This document shows positions 29,097-36,489 of a stretch of DNA of 55,423 nucleotides, in pieces. Source of the DNA: Thermoanaerobaculia bacterium. Its GTDB lineage: Bacteria > Acidobacteriota > Thermoanaerobaculia > Multivoradales > UBA5704. The stretch spans positions 1 through 55,423 of the forward strand of contig DATDGZ010000306.1 of assembly GCA_036521795.1 (NCBI GenBank). The letters run 5' to 3'. Numbering within the stretch: the stretch's first letter is position 1; every line of letters begins with the position of its first letter. Both the position numbers and the translations under genes were made by a program. The notes under the pieces were generated by a model, which saw only the letters and a list, made by a program, of their open reading frames with translations, was not told the DNA's origin and ran no database searches.

Positions 29097-31400
29097 CTAG
29101 CGCGACCCGGCCGGAGGGGTGCCCGGAGGCGGCGCCAGGTGCGTGGTGAAGAAGGCGAGGATGCGCTCTTGCAGCGCGCGCTGGACTACCGCGTCGGGGA
29201 CCATGTGGGTGAAGCCGGGGAGGACCAGGAACTCGTAGGGGCGGCCGGCGTGGAAGAGGGCGTCGGTCAGCTTGAGGCTGTGCATGAAGTAGACGTTGTC
29301 GTCGGCAGTGCCATGGATGACGAGCAGCGGCACCCGGAGGTCGGGGCACCAGGTCTCGACCGAGCTGCGGCGGTAACCTCCCGGGTTGGCCTGCGGCAGG
29401 CCGAGATAGCGCTCGGTGTAGTGGGTGTCGTAGTCCCGCCAGTCATTGACCGGGGCCCCGGCGACTGCCGCCCGGTAGACGTCGGGGCGGCGCATCGCCG
29501 CCATGGCGGAGAAGTAGCCGCCGAAGGACCAGCCGAAGATCCCGGCGCGCGAGAGGTCCATCTCCGGGTACCTCGCCCCGGCCGCCTGCAGGCCGGCCAC
29601 CTGGTCGGCAAGCGGAATGTCGATCAGGTTGCCCTTGATGGCTCGCTCCCAGGCCCTGCCGCGCCCGGGGGTGCCGCGACCGTCGAGGGTGAGAACGATG
29701 AAGCCGTGGTCGGCGATCCACTGGTCGAGCAGGTACGCGCCCCAGGGCTCGCGGCGGACGGTCTGGACGTGAGGGCCGGCGTAGACGCTCACCAGCACCG
29801 GGTACCGGCGGCCGGCCTCGAAGGTCCGCGGACGGAAGATCGCGGCGTTGAACGCCAGCGGGCCGAGCTTGGTCAGCTCGAGCTTGGGGAGGAACGGCGG
29901 CCTCTCGGAGACGGAGCGCAGCCGCCCGGTCTCGCCGCCGTCCCGGCCGCGCACGCTCCAGCGGCGCTCGCCGGAGAGCAGCGTCTCGGACCATACCGAG
30001 GCGCTGCCGTCGCGCGCGAAGACGGCGGCGTGCATGCCTGGCTCGCGGGTCAGCGGGACTGGCGGGCCGCCGCCCAGCGGCACGCGCCACAGCTGCTCCT
30101 CTGTCGGATCGGCGCTGGCGACGACGTAGGCGGCGCCGCCGGCGGCGTCGACACCGGCGAGCGCGCGCAGGCCGAAGTCCGGCGGCGTCAGCCAGCGCCC
30201 CGGGGCGCCGTCGCGGCCACGCAGCTCGAGTCGGGGCTCCCCGGTGCGCTCGCTGATCCACAGCATGCCGCCGCCGTCCTCGAGCCAGCGGGGAACCGTG
30301 GGCGCGAGGTTGAGCCAGGCGGCGTCGCTCTCCACGAGCAGGGTGCGCGTGGCGCCGGTCGCGGGGTCGGCGGCCAGGAGCCGCTCCTCCGTCTGCTCCC
30401 GGTCTTGTACCAGGAGGGTGAGAGGTCCGCCGCGCTGCCAGCGCACCGCCGCCAGGTAGGGGTAGCGGGTGCGGTCCCAGGCGACCCACGTCGTTGCACC
30501 TCCGGCGGCGGCCACGACGCCCAGCCGAACCACGGCGTTGTCCCGGCCTGGCCGCGGGTAGGGCCACGCGTCGGCCTGGCGCTCGGGGTGCATCGGGTCG
30601 GCAATGTGAAAGACCTCGACCCGGCTGGTGTCCGCCTCCTCGTACGCCAAGGCCTGGCCGTCGGGCGACCACCAATAACCCTCGCGACGGTCCATCTCCT
30701 CCTGTGCCACGAACTCGGCAAGGCCGTGAGTGAGGGTCGGCGTGGCGCCGGTGGTCAGGCGGCGCTGGGATCCGGTGGCGACGTCGATGACGTGGAGATC
30801 GCCCTCGCGGACGCAGGCAACGCGCGCGCCGTCAGGCGACAAGCGGGGATCAAGGGGGTAGCCGCCGGCCGCCGGCAGCTCGCGGACCGTGCCGGTCGAG
30901 CGCTCGATCACGAACAGGCGGCCGGAGAGCGGCACCAGGACGCGCGCGCCGTCGTCCGGCAGGGCATAGGACGCGATGCCGCGGGCGGCGAGCCGGGCGC
31001 GCTCGCGGCGCGCCTTCTCCTCGGCGGAGAGGCGCTCCTCGCCGCCGCCCAGGAGCTGTTCGGCGCTGGCCAGCAGGCGCTCGTCACCGGCCATGGGGTC
31101 GAGCTCGTAGAGGTCCCGCACGAACGAGCGCGGTCCCGAGCGTAGGAAGAGCACCGCCCGGCCGCCGGGCACAACCTGGATTGCTTGCGGCGTGCCGAGA
31201 GTGAAGCGCAGCGTCGCCGTGTACTGCTCGAGGAACCGAGGATCCGGGCCGGCAGGTGGAGGGTTACCCACCGTGGCCGCTGGAGCGCTCGCCGGGACGG
31301 CCGGCGCCGCCGGCGCTTGGCGCCGGGAGGCGCCGGGCGACAGCAGGAGCGCGGCGGCGCAGGCAAGAGGCGCCCAGGGGAGTCTGGGAGAGCGGTTCAT
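29097..31400 (-). CDS. Secreted dipeptidyl-peptidase IV-type S9B serine peptidase
   Basis: Signal peptide MNRSPRLPWAPLACAAALLLSPGA, then a beta-propeller-type N-half. Catalytic triad contexts are GIFGWSFGGYFS (Ser), VIHGTADDNV (Asp) and PGFTHMV (His). Confidence 0.88.
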   Translation of the reverse strand: MNRSPRLPWAPLACAAALLLSPGASRRQAPAAPAVPASAPAATVGNPPPAGPDPRFLEQYTATLRFTLGTPQAIQVVPGGRAVLFLRSGPRSFVRDLYELDPMAGDERLLASAEQLLGGGEERLSAEEKARRERARLAARGIASYALPDDGARVLVPLSGRLFVIERSTGTVRELPAAGGYPLDPRLSPDGARVACVREGDLHVIDVATGSQRRLTTGATPTLTHGLAEFVAQEEMDRREGYWWSPDGQALAYEEADTSRVEVFHIADPMHPERQADAWPYPRPGRDNAVVRLGVVAAAGGATTWVAWDRTRYPYLAAVRWQRGGPLTLLVQDREQTEERLLAADPATGATRTLLVESDAAWLNLAPTVPRWLEDGGGMLWISERTGEPRLELRGRDGAPGRWLTPPDFGLRALAGVDAAGGAAYVVASADPTEEQLWRVPLGGGPPVPLTREPGMHAAVFARDGSASVWSETLLSGERRWSVRGRDGGETGRLRSVSERPPFLPKLELTKLGPLAFNAAIFRPRTFEAGRRYPVLVSVYAGPHVQTVRREPWGAYLLDQWIADHGFIVLTLDGRGTPGRGRAWERAIKGNLIDIPLADQVAGLQAAGARYPEMDLSRAGIFGWSFGGYFSAMAAMRRPDVYRAAVAGAPVNDWRDYDTHYTERYLGLPQANPGGYRRSSVETWCPDLRVPLLVIHGTADDNVYFMHSLKLTDALFHAGRPYEFLVLPGFTHMVPDAVVQRALQERILAFFTTHLAPPPGTPPAGSR

Positions 31401-31482
31401 CGCGGATCGGGCGCCGGTGCGCGGCGCCAGCGTATGGCCGCGAGCATCGCCGCGTCAACGGTGAAGAGCTACGGGAGCTAAG

Positions 31483-31516
31483 GGTAGTGTCCTGGTCAGC
31501 AAATCAGGACACTACC
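31483..31516. repeat. Perfect 12-bp-stem palindromic element (archetype of the GTAGTGTCCTG family), possible terminator of the ATPase gene
   Basis: GGTAGTGTCCTG-gtcagcaaat-CAGGACACTACC lies 3 nt beyond the TAG stop (31520-31522) of the minus-strand ATPase gene. Confidence 0.7.
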
Positions 31517-31519
31517 GAG

Positions 31520-33025
31520 CTACGCATAGGGCAGCAGTGGTTGCGGGTCCTCGCGCCGGGCCGCGCGGCGATGCCTCGCCCCGGCCGGCGGATGCGGATC
31601 GAGGTGGAGCGGGCCGAGGAGCTCGGCGCGTGTCACGGCGGCGATGCCTTGCTGTCGCGGCGCGCGCCAGGTGCCGGAGAGGGCGCGAAAGGCCACGGTC
31701 CTCGCGCTTTGGCCGGCGAGCGATGCCTCCTGCGGCTCGGCGACGAGCAGACTGTCGTCGGGCACGCCGCTCACCACGGCCGGGGAGTGCGTGTTGACGA
31801 TGACCTGCCGCAAGGGGTTGCCGGCTCCCACCGGCTCGTCGACGTCGGTCGGAATCGCTTGCAGCAGGCGCAGCAGGGCCGGGATGCGCGCCGGATGGAT
31901 GCCGTTCTCAGGCTCCTCGAGGCAGACCAGGCCGGGCGCCCGCGGGTCGACGGCGAGGACCGCGAGCGCCAGCAAGCGCAGCATGCCGTCGGAGAGGGAG
32001 CGCGCCCCATGGGCGACGCCGTCGCGGCCGGTGACCATCAGCGTCAGCAGCTCTCGCTTGGCGTCGGCCTCGACCCGGATCGCGCCGACTTCCGAGCCGA
32101 GCTCGCCCAGCTCGCCCAGCTCGCCGATTTCCGCGAGGCGGGCGGCGAGCGCTGCGTAGATCCGCTCCGGTGCCGCCGCCGCGGTGCCGCCGGCTCCCGC
32201 GGCGTCGCTCGGCCGGCCGCCGGTGGCAAGACGATGCAGCGTCGCGGCGAGGTGCGCGCCGTCGCTGCCCAGGCTGGTGGGCGCCCGGAAGTCGTCAGGC
32301 TCGCGCAAGCTCGACGGCTCGAGCCGCAACAGCTGCCAGGACTGCATCTCGCGCCGGGCCGCCAGCGCCGTCGGGCTCTCGGCGGCGTTGGCGGCCGAGA
32401 GGACGGTGCGCGGCAGGCTCTGAGCCGGGACGCTCCAATGACGGGCGCCGCCGCCGTCCTGGTGGAGAGTGACGACGCGGTTGCCGCCCTCTCGCTCGGT
32501 GGAGATGAAGTAAGGCGCCCGGCGCGAGCCGGTGACGGCGGATCGCCGCCAGGTGGCGGCGCGGTGCGGGAATGGCAGGTGCCTGAAGGCCTCGCCGAGG
32601 TTGATGTGACCCAGCTCCTCCTTGACGATCTCGAGCGGCCCGAGATGCCTGGACGCCGCGTCCTGCCGCCTGGCCAGGACGAGGTGGTAGTGGAGGAAGG
32701 TGATGCTCGGTCGCGCTGTCTGCCCGAGATCGTCGACCGCTTCGCCGGACACGATCATCTCGGCCGCGAAGGACATCTCCGCGACGGAGTCGGCGCCGGC
32801 GCGCAAGAAGAGACCGTCGACATCGGTTGCCCGCCGGTCCCTGGCCCGGACCGACTCGGCGGCATCGGCGAGCGGGCGGTCGGCGAGGGCGCCGAGGAAG
32901 CCCACGGCATCGAAGAGGTTGGACTTGCCGGCGCCGTTGACGCCGGCGACGCAGGTGAAGGGACCGAAGTGGAGATCCAGGTCGAGGAGATTCTTGAAGC
33001 CGGAGACTCTCAGGCGCGTGAGCAT
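31520..33025 (-). CDS. Orphan ABC/OLD-type (AAA_15/AAA_21-like) ATPase
   Basis: MLTRLRVSGFKNLLDLDLHFGPFTCVAGVNGAGKSNLFDAVGFL holds Walker A. SLSDGMLRLLALAVL is signature-like. PGLVCLEEPENGIHP is Walker B plus D-loop, and VIVNTHSP is the H-loop. No nuclease domain was recognised in the roughly 90-aa tail. Confidence 0.8.
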   Translation of the reverse strand: MLTRLRVSGFKNLLDLDLHFGPFTCVAGVNGAGKSNLFDAVGFLGALADRPLADAAESVRARDRRATDVDGLFLRAGADSVAEMSFAAEMIVSGEAVDDLGQTARPSITFLHYHLVLARRQDAASRHLGPLEIVKEELGHINLGEAFRHLPFPHRAATWRRSAVTGSRRAPYFISTEREGGNRVVTLHQDGGGARHWSVPAQSLPRTVLSAANAAESPTALAARREMQSWQLLRLEPSSLREPDDFRAPTSLGSDGAHLAATLHRLATGGRPSDAAGAGGTAAAAPERIYAALAARLAEIGELGELGELGSEVGAIRVEADAKRELLTLMVTGRDGVAHGARSLSDGMLRLLALAVLAVDPRAPGLVCLEEPENGIHPARIPALLRLLQAIPTDVDEPVGAGNPLRQVIVNTHSPAVVSGVPDDSLLVAEPQEASLAGQSARTVAFRALSGTWRAPRQQGIAAVTRAELLGPLHLDPHPPAGARHRRAARREDPQPLLPYA

Positions 33026-33090
33026 GCGAGCGTCCCTATCCTACCGCCAACGAGGCGCGCCGAGCGGATGGCCGCCGGAGCGCAAAGACC

Positions 33091-33122
33091 GGAGGCGCGG
33101 AGGCGCGGAGGCGCGGAGGCGG
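33091..33122. repeat. Tandem 8-bp repeat (GGAGGCGC x4) in the divergent ATPase/HTH intergenic region
   Basis: ggaggcgc ggaggcgc ggaggcgc ggaggcgg, read directly. On the ATPase (minus) strand this is GCGCCTCC x4, 66-97 nt upstream of its ATG. Confidence 0.85.
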
Positions 33123-33244
33123 TACGGCGGTTCCGGCAACGGGCGTGGCCGCGTTGCCGGTACATAGAATGCCAAGATATCTCTCGCTTTGGCGTAAAAT
33201 GCGCTATCATCTTGGATAACCAATGGGGAGGGTGGAAACTCCAA

Positions 33245-33745
33245 ATGAAAAAGTCGAGGCGTCAAACCGGTGCACCGCAAGAGGGGGGAGGAGCGGTAAT
33301 CTCCCGAGAGATGTCGAAGTCGGAGGGGGCGCGCATCACCGCGATGCTGCAATCGGCCATCCGGCTGTCCAACCTGACCTACCGCGACGTCGAGCGCGAG
33401 CTGGGTTGGAGCGTCGGGACGATCACTCGGCTGATGCGCGGCGGGCTCGAGTTCAAGCTCAAGCACCTGCTGAGCATCCTGCGCGTGGTCCACTTCTCGC
33501 CCGCCCGCCTGTTCGTCGTGGCCTACCCATTCACCAGGGGGGACAACCCGGCCGAGGACCGCTTGCAGCGGCTGCTCGAGAACATGCACGGCGAACCCGA
33601 GACCTGGGAGAGAACGTCCGCGCCGTCCGCCCCGGCACGTCCCAAGCAGGCGGTGACGCAAGAGGACGTCGACTCCATGGTCATGGTGTCGCTCCGCAAG
33701 CTGATCCGCGGCGTGGAAGACCGGGCCGAAGGCGAAGCGGAGTAG
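33245..33745 (+). CDS. XRE-like helix-turn-helix protein
   Basis: LSNLTYRDVERELGWSVGTITRLMRGGLEFKLKHLLSILRVVHFSPARLF is an HTH plus the typical following helix. GGGGAGGG lies upstream of ATG 33245; an alternative start is ATG 33311. Confidence 0.65.
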   Translation: MKKSRRQTGAPQEGGGAVISREMSKSEGARITAMLQSAIRLSNLTYRDVERELGWSVGTITRLMRGGLEFKLKHLLSILRVVHFSPARLFVVAYPFTRGDNPAEDRLQRLLENMHGEPETWERTSAPSAPARPKQAVTQEDVDSMVMVSLRKLIRGVEDRAEGEAE

Positions 33746-33828
33746 GGCCCGCGGGCCGCTCCCGCCGCTCGCCCTTGGGGCCGGCGCGAGCGCCCGCATC
33801 CTCCGTGTCGCACGCGTCGATCGAGGTC

Positions 33829-33869
33829 GATCGCTGCGATCGCATCGCTTCGATCGCTTCGATCGCTTC
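33829..33869. repeat. Intergenic tandem 9-bp repeat (GATCGCTTC-like, 4 copies)
   Basis: gatcgctgc gatcgcatc gcttc gatcgcttc gatcgcttc, between the convergent HTH and TPR genes. Confidence 0.75.
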
Positions 33870-34016
33870 GGGAGCGTCCCGGGTGGCCGCGTGGTTGCCC
33901 GGGCCGCCGGCGTGGTGGCGCGCTCTGGCGCCCTGTCGCCCCGCTGCTGTGGCTGACCGCGCGCAGCTCGCCACGCGCCCCGGGGTGGGCGTGATCGGCC
34001 CGGGCCGGCCGCCGGC

Positions 34017-35660
34017 TCAAGAGAAATAGTGGTGGAAGCTGAGCTGGGGATCGTGCTCGGCGGCACGCATGAACTCTGCCATCTCTTCGAGCAGCACGGC
34101 GGTGGTCGCCAGTCGGAACTTGACCGTCGACTTGAGCAGCATCATGGCTACCGCCGCCTCGCGCCCGATGTTAAGACCGAGGAAGATGTCGGCGGCCTCG
34201 AGCGCTTCGCGGCGCGCATCCTCGTCACGTCCCTGGCGGATGTGCAGCGCCGCCAGGTCGAGGAGAATCAGGCTCGCCATGTACGGGTGGCCGATCTCGG
34301 CGAAGCCGCGCCGTGCCTCCTCGAAGTCCCGGTCGGCGCGCTCGGGCTCGTCGATGCCGGCGTGGATGCGGCCTTCGAGCAGCCGCAGCCTGAGGCGCAG
34401 GACGCGGCCGCCGTAGCGCCGGTAGAGCGGCAGGTTGCGCCACAGCAGCGTGCGCGCCTCGCGGTACCTGGAGGAGTCGACCAGGAGGTTGGCCAGGTTG
34501 TGGACGGCGAGCAGCGCCAGCTCCGGATGGGTGGTGGGGTCGATCAGCGCCAGTCCCTCGCTGAGCAGCTCGAGCGCCTCGTCGAGGCGGCAGGCGTAGC
34601 CGCAGTACATGCCCTTCTTGATCAGCGTATCTCCCACCTGGTACGGCTCGCCGAAGTCGCGGTAGACCTTGATCGCGCTGTCGAAGGCGGCGAGGGAGGT
34701 CTCGAAGTTGTGGCGGTCGCCGGAGACCTGTGCCTGGATGACGAACAAGCGGGCCGCCATCAGGCGATCCTGGGTGCCCATGCGGAAGAACTCGAGCGCC
34801 TCGTTGAGGGCGGTCTGCGCCTCGGCTGGACGGCCGATGACCCGGTAGGCATTGGCGAGCTCGATCGCGGCGCGGCACTGGCAGTCGCGGACCCGCTCGC
34901 CGCCGTACCGGCTGGCGGACAGCCCGGCGGCGACGACGGAAGCGAGCTCGCAGAGCTGCACCATCTGCCGCGGATCGTCGAAGCGCAGCGACCAGCTCCG
35001 CTCGAGCAGGGCCTCGTAGCCGGCCAGGCCGCGGAGGTGGGCAGGCATCTCGCAGAAACCCGCGACGCCCTTCCGCTCGAGGACGGCGAGCACCTGCTTG
35101 ACGCGCTTCGACTCGCGGGTGGCCTCGGTGCCGTAGCGGACGACGGACGCCAGCGCGCGATCGATCGCCCGCTCGTAGGCGGCGTCGATTGCCGGCGTCT
35201 CCTGCGTCTCCTGCGTCTCCGACACCGCCAGCGCTGCCGCTTCCGCCGCGGGCTCCGGCTTCTCCGAGATCACCCGGTTCGCCGGCACCTGCGGGGATGC
35301 CAGCGCCTGCGGCCTGTGCGGAGAGTCCGAGAACCCCGGGGCCTCCGGGACGGCGGCGGGGAAACCGGTGGGAGAGGTCTGCGAGCAGGCGGTGGTGGTC
35401 AGCAAGGAGGTCGTCCGCGAGGCGAGGGGAGGGGTGCGGGGCGCCTCGCCTTCACCTGGCGCGCAGCGCTCGCGGCTGGGCCGGTCGGAGGGAACGTCGG
35501 ATGGACGACGGGGAAAGAGGAGATGCGCGTAGGCGGCGAGAGCGGCGCGGCAGGTCGCGCAGCCGGTCAGCAGATGGCGCACCACGGCGCGCATCTCGTC
35601 GCGGTCTAGTCCACCATGGAGCAGCCGCTCCAGCTCCGCTGACGTCGGGTGCTCACCCAC
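34017..35660 (-). CDS. Regulatory protein with N-terminal zf-HC2-like motif and C-terminal TPR repeats
   Basis: GTG start. The N-terminus LERLLHGGLDRDEMRAVVRHLLTGCATCRAAL looks like an anti-sigma-type H-x4-C-x2-C motif. A Pro/Ser/Thr-rich linker follows, then about 350 aa of TPR-like helices (AIELANAYRVIGRPAEAQTALNEALEFF and similar). Confidence 0.7.
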   Translation of the reverse strand: MGEHPTSAELERLLHGGLDRDEMRAVVRHLLTGCATCRAALAAYAHLLFPRRPSDVPSDRPSRERCAPGEGEAPRTPPLASRTTSLLTTTACSQTSPTGFPAAVPEAPGFSDSPHRPQALASPQVPANRVISEKPEPAAEAAALAVSETQETQETPAIDAAYERAIDRALASVVRYGTEATRESKRVKQVLAVLERKGVAGFCEMPAHLRGLAGYEALLERSWSLRFDDPRQMVQLCELASVVAAGLSASRYGGERVRDCQCRAAIELANAYRVIGRPAEAQTALNEALEFFRMGTQDRLMAARLFVIQAQVSGDRHNFETSLAAFDSAIKVYRDFGEPYQVGDTLIKKGMYCGYACRLDEALELLSEGLALIDPTTHPELALLAVHNLANLLVDSSRYREARTLLWRNLPLYRRYGGRVLRLRLRLLEGRIHAGIDEPERADRDFEEARRGFAEIGHPYMASLILLDLAALHIRQGRDEDARREALEAADIFLGLNIGREAAVAMMLLKSTVKFRLATTAVLLEEMAEFMRAAEHDPQLSFHHYFS

Positions 35661-35691
35661 GCTGCATCCCCCCGAGGGCGACTCTGATGAG

Positions 35692-35720
35692 ATTACAACA
35701 TATTCTCGTTTTGGTTACAA
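35692..35720 (-). promoter_or_regulatory. Sigma70-like promoter candidate for the zf/TPR gene (TTGTAA-N17-TGTAAT on the minus strand)
   Basis: The reverse complement reads TTGTAAccaaaacgagaatatgtTGTAAT, in an AT-rich patch about 30 nt upstream of the GTG start at 35660. Confidence 0.4.
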
Positions 35721-35783
35721 AAGCGACGCTGTGAACCTTGCCGGCGGCGCGCTGCCGCCAGGCGTGCAAGCCGGCGAACCGGC

Positions 35784-36053
35784 CTAGAAGAACGACTTGC
35801 TCTTCGGCTTGTTCCGCCCGTCGCTGCTCTGCCCGGCGCCACACTTCGCGTCGTCCGGAGCGCTCGTCACGGTTGTCGTCCAGAAGCCGCGGAACCAGTC
35901 CATTGCCTTGGTCCATAGCCTGCTCGCCGGAACGAAGAACGAATCCATGTTCGGGACCGCCGCGTTGGCCTTCGCCGGGACGGCCAGAGTGCAGGCCATC
36001 ACGACCAGCAACGCCGCGAGAACCCGTGCCCATCTCGAAGGGCTTCTGGACAT
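35784..36053 (-). CDS. Small secreted protein (89 aa)
   Basis: Strong SD: GAGGAGGAAGcgttcATG. The signal peptide WARVLAALLVVMACTLAVPAKANA is followed by a Trp/Phe-rich mature part and a Lys-rich tail. No homology recognised. Confidence 0.6.
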   Translation of the reverse strand: MSRSPSRWARVLAALLVVMACTLAVPAKANAAVPNMDSFFVPASRLWTKAMDWFRGFWTTTVTSAPDDAKCGAGQSSDGRNKPKSKSFF

Positions 36054-36270
36054 GAACGCTTCCTCCTCTCCTGCTCCGTTCCTACTCCATCGGGCACCGC
36101 GCCGGTCCGCCCCGAACCGGCTCCGGCAGCGGGTCGAGTGCCGGGTCGCCAGGTCCCCTAAAAGCTCCAGCTTCCCCGTCCCCCAGAGGGGGTACCAGAA
36201 CCAGCAATGGGGAAGACTGTTCGTGAGTATAGCACTACTAGTCTGTCGCGAGAAGGTCAGCGAATGGCAG

Positions 36271-36406
36271 TTAGTGTCCTGGCCGGATTGCCCTTGCCAC
36301 CCTCCCTCCCTTTGGGCAAGGGTTCAAGTCTAAACGGCGGCGTGGGACTGCGGCCCTCGCCCAAAGGGAAGGAGGGTGGTAAGGGCAATGTAGCAATTAG
36401 GATACT
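36271..36406. repeat. Composite palindromic element: degenerate outer arms of the GTGTCCTG family enclosing a 31-bp imperfect inverted repeat with a 41-nt loop
   Basis: Outer arms are TTAGTGTCCTGG (36271-36282) and TAGGATACT (36398-36406). Inner arms are ATTGCCCTTGCCACCCTCCCTCCCTTTGGGC (36287-36317) and GCCCAAAGGGAAGGAGGGTGGTAAGGGCAAT (36359-36389), which mismatch at 2 of 31 positions. Confidence 0.75.
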
Positions 36407-36489
36407 CGCGGGCGGGAAGAGGGGTGAGGCCGTAAAGCGGCGGTAAGGGGCGTTATACTCGGCCGGCTCCCAAGACCCGCTCACCCGCG

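Noticed and set aside
36318-36358. A tRNA-like T-loop sequence (GGGTTCAAGTC) in the loop of the 31-bp inverted repeat.
   Set aside because: I could not fold an acceptor stem, D-arm or anticodon arm around it. The flanking pairing is simply the long inverted repeat. It is not a tRNA or tmRNA.
36207-36484. Track ORFs 36207..36446(+) and 36257..36484(-), with mirror-image PLPPSLPLGKG / PKGKEGGKGN peptides.
   Set aside because: Both are translations of the two arms of the same palindrome on opposite strands. Neither has an SD or a coding compositional signature.
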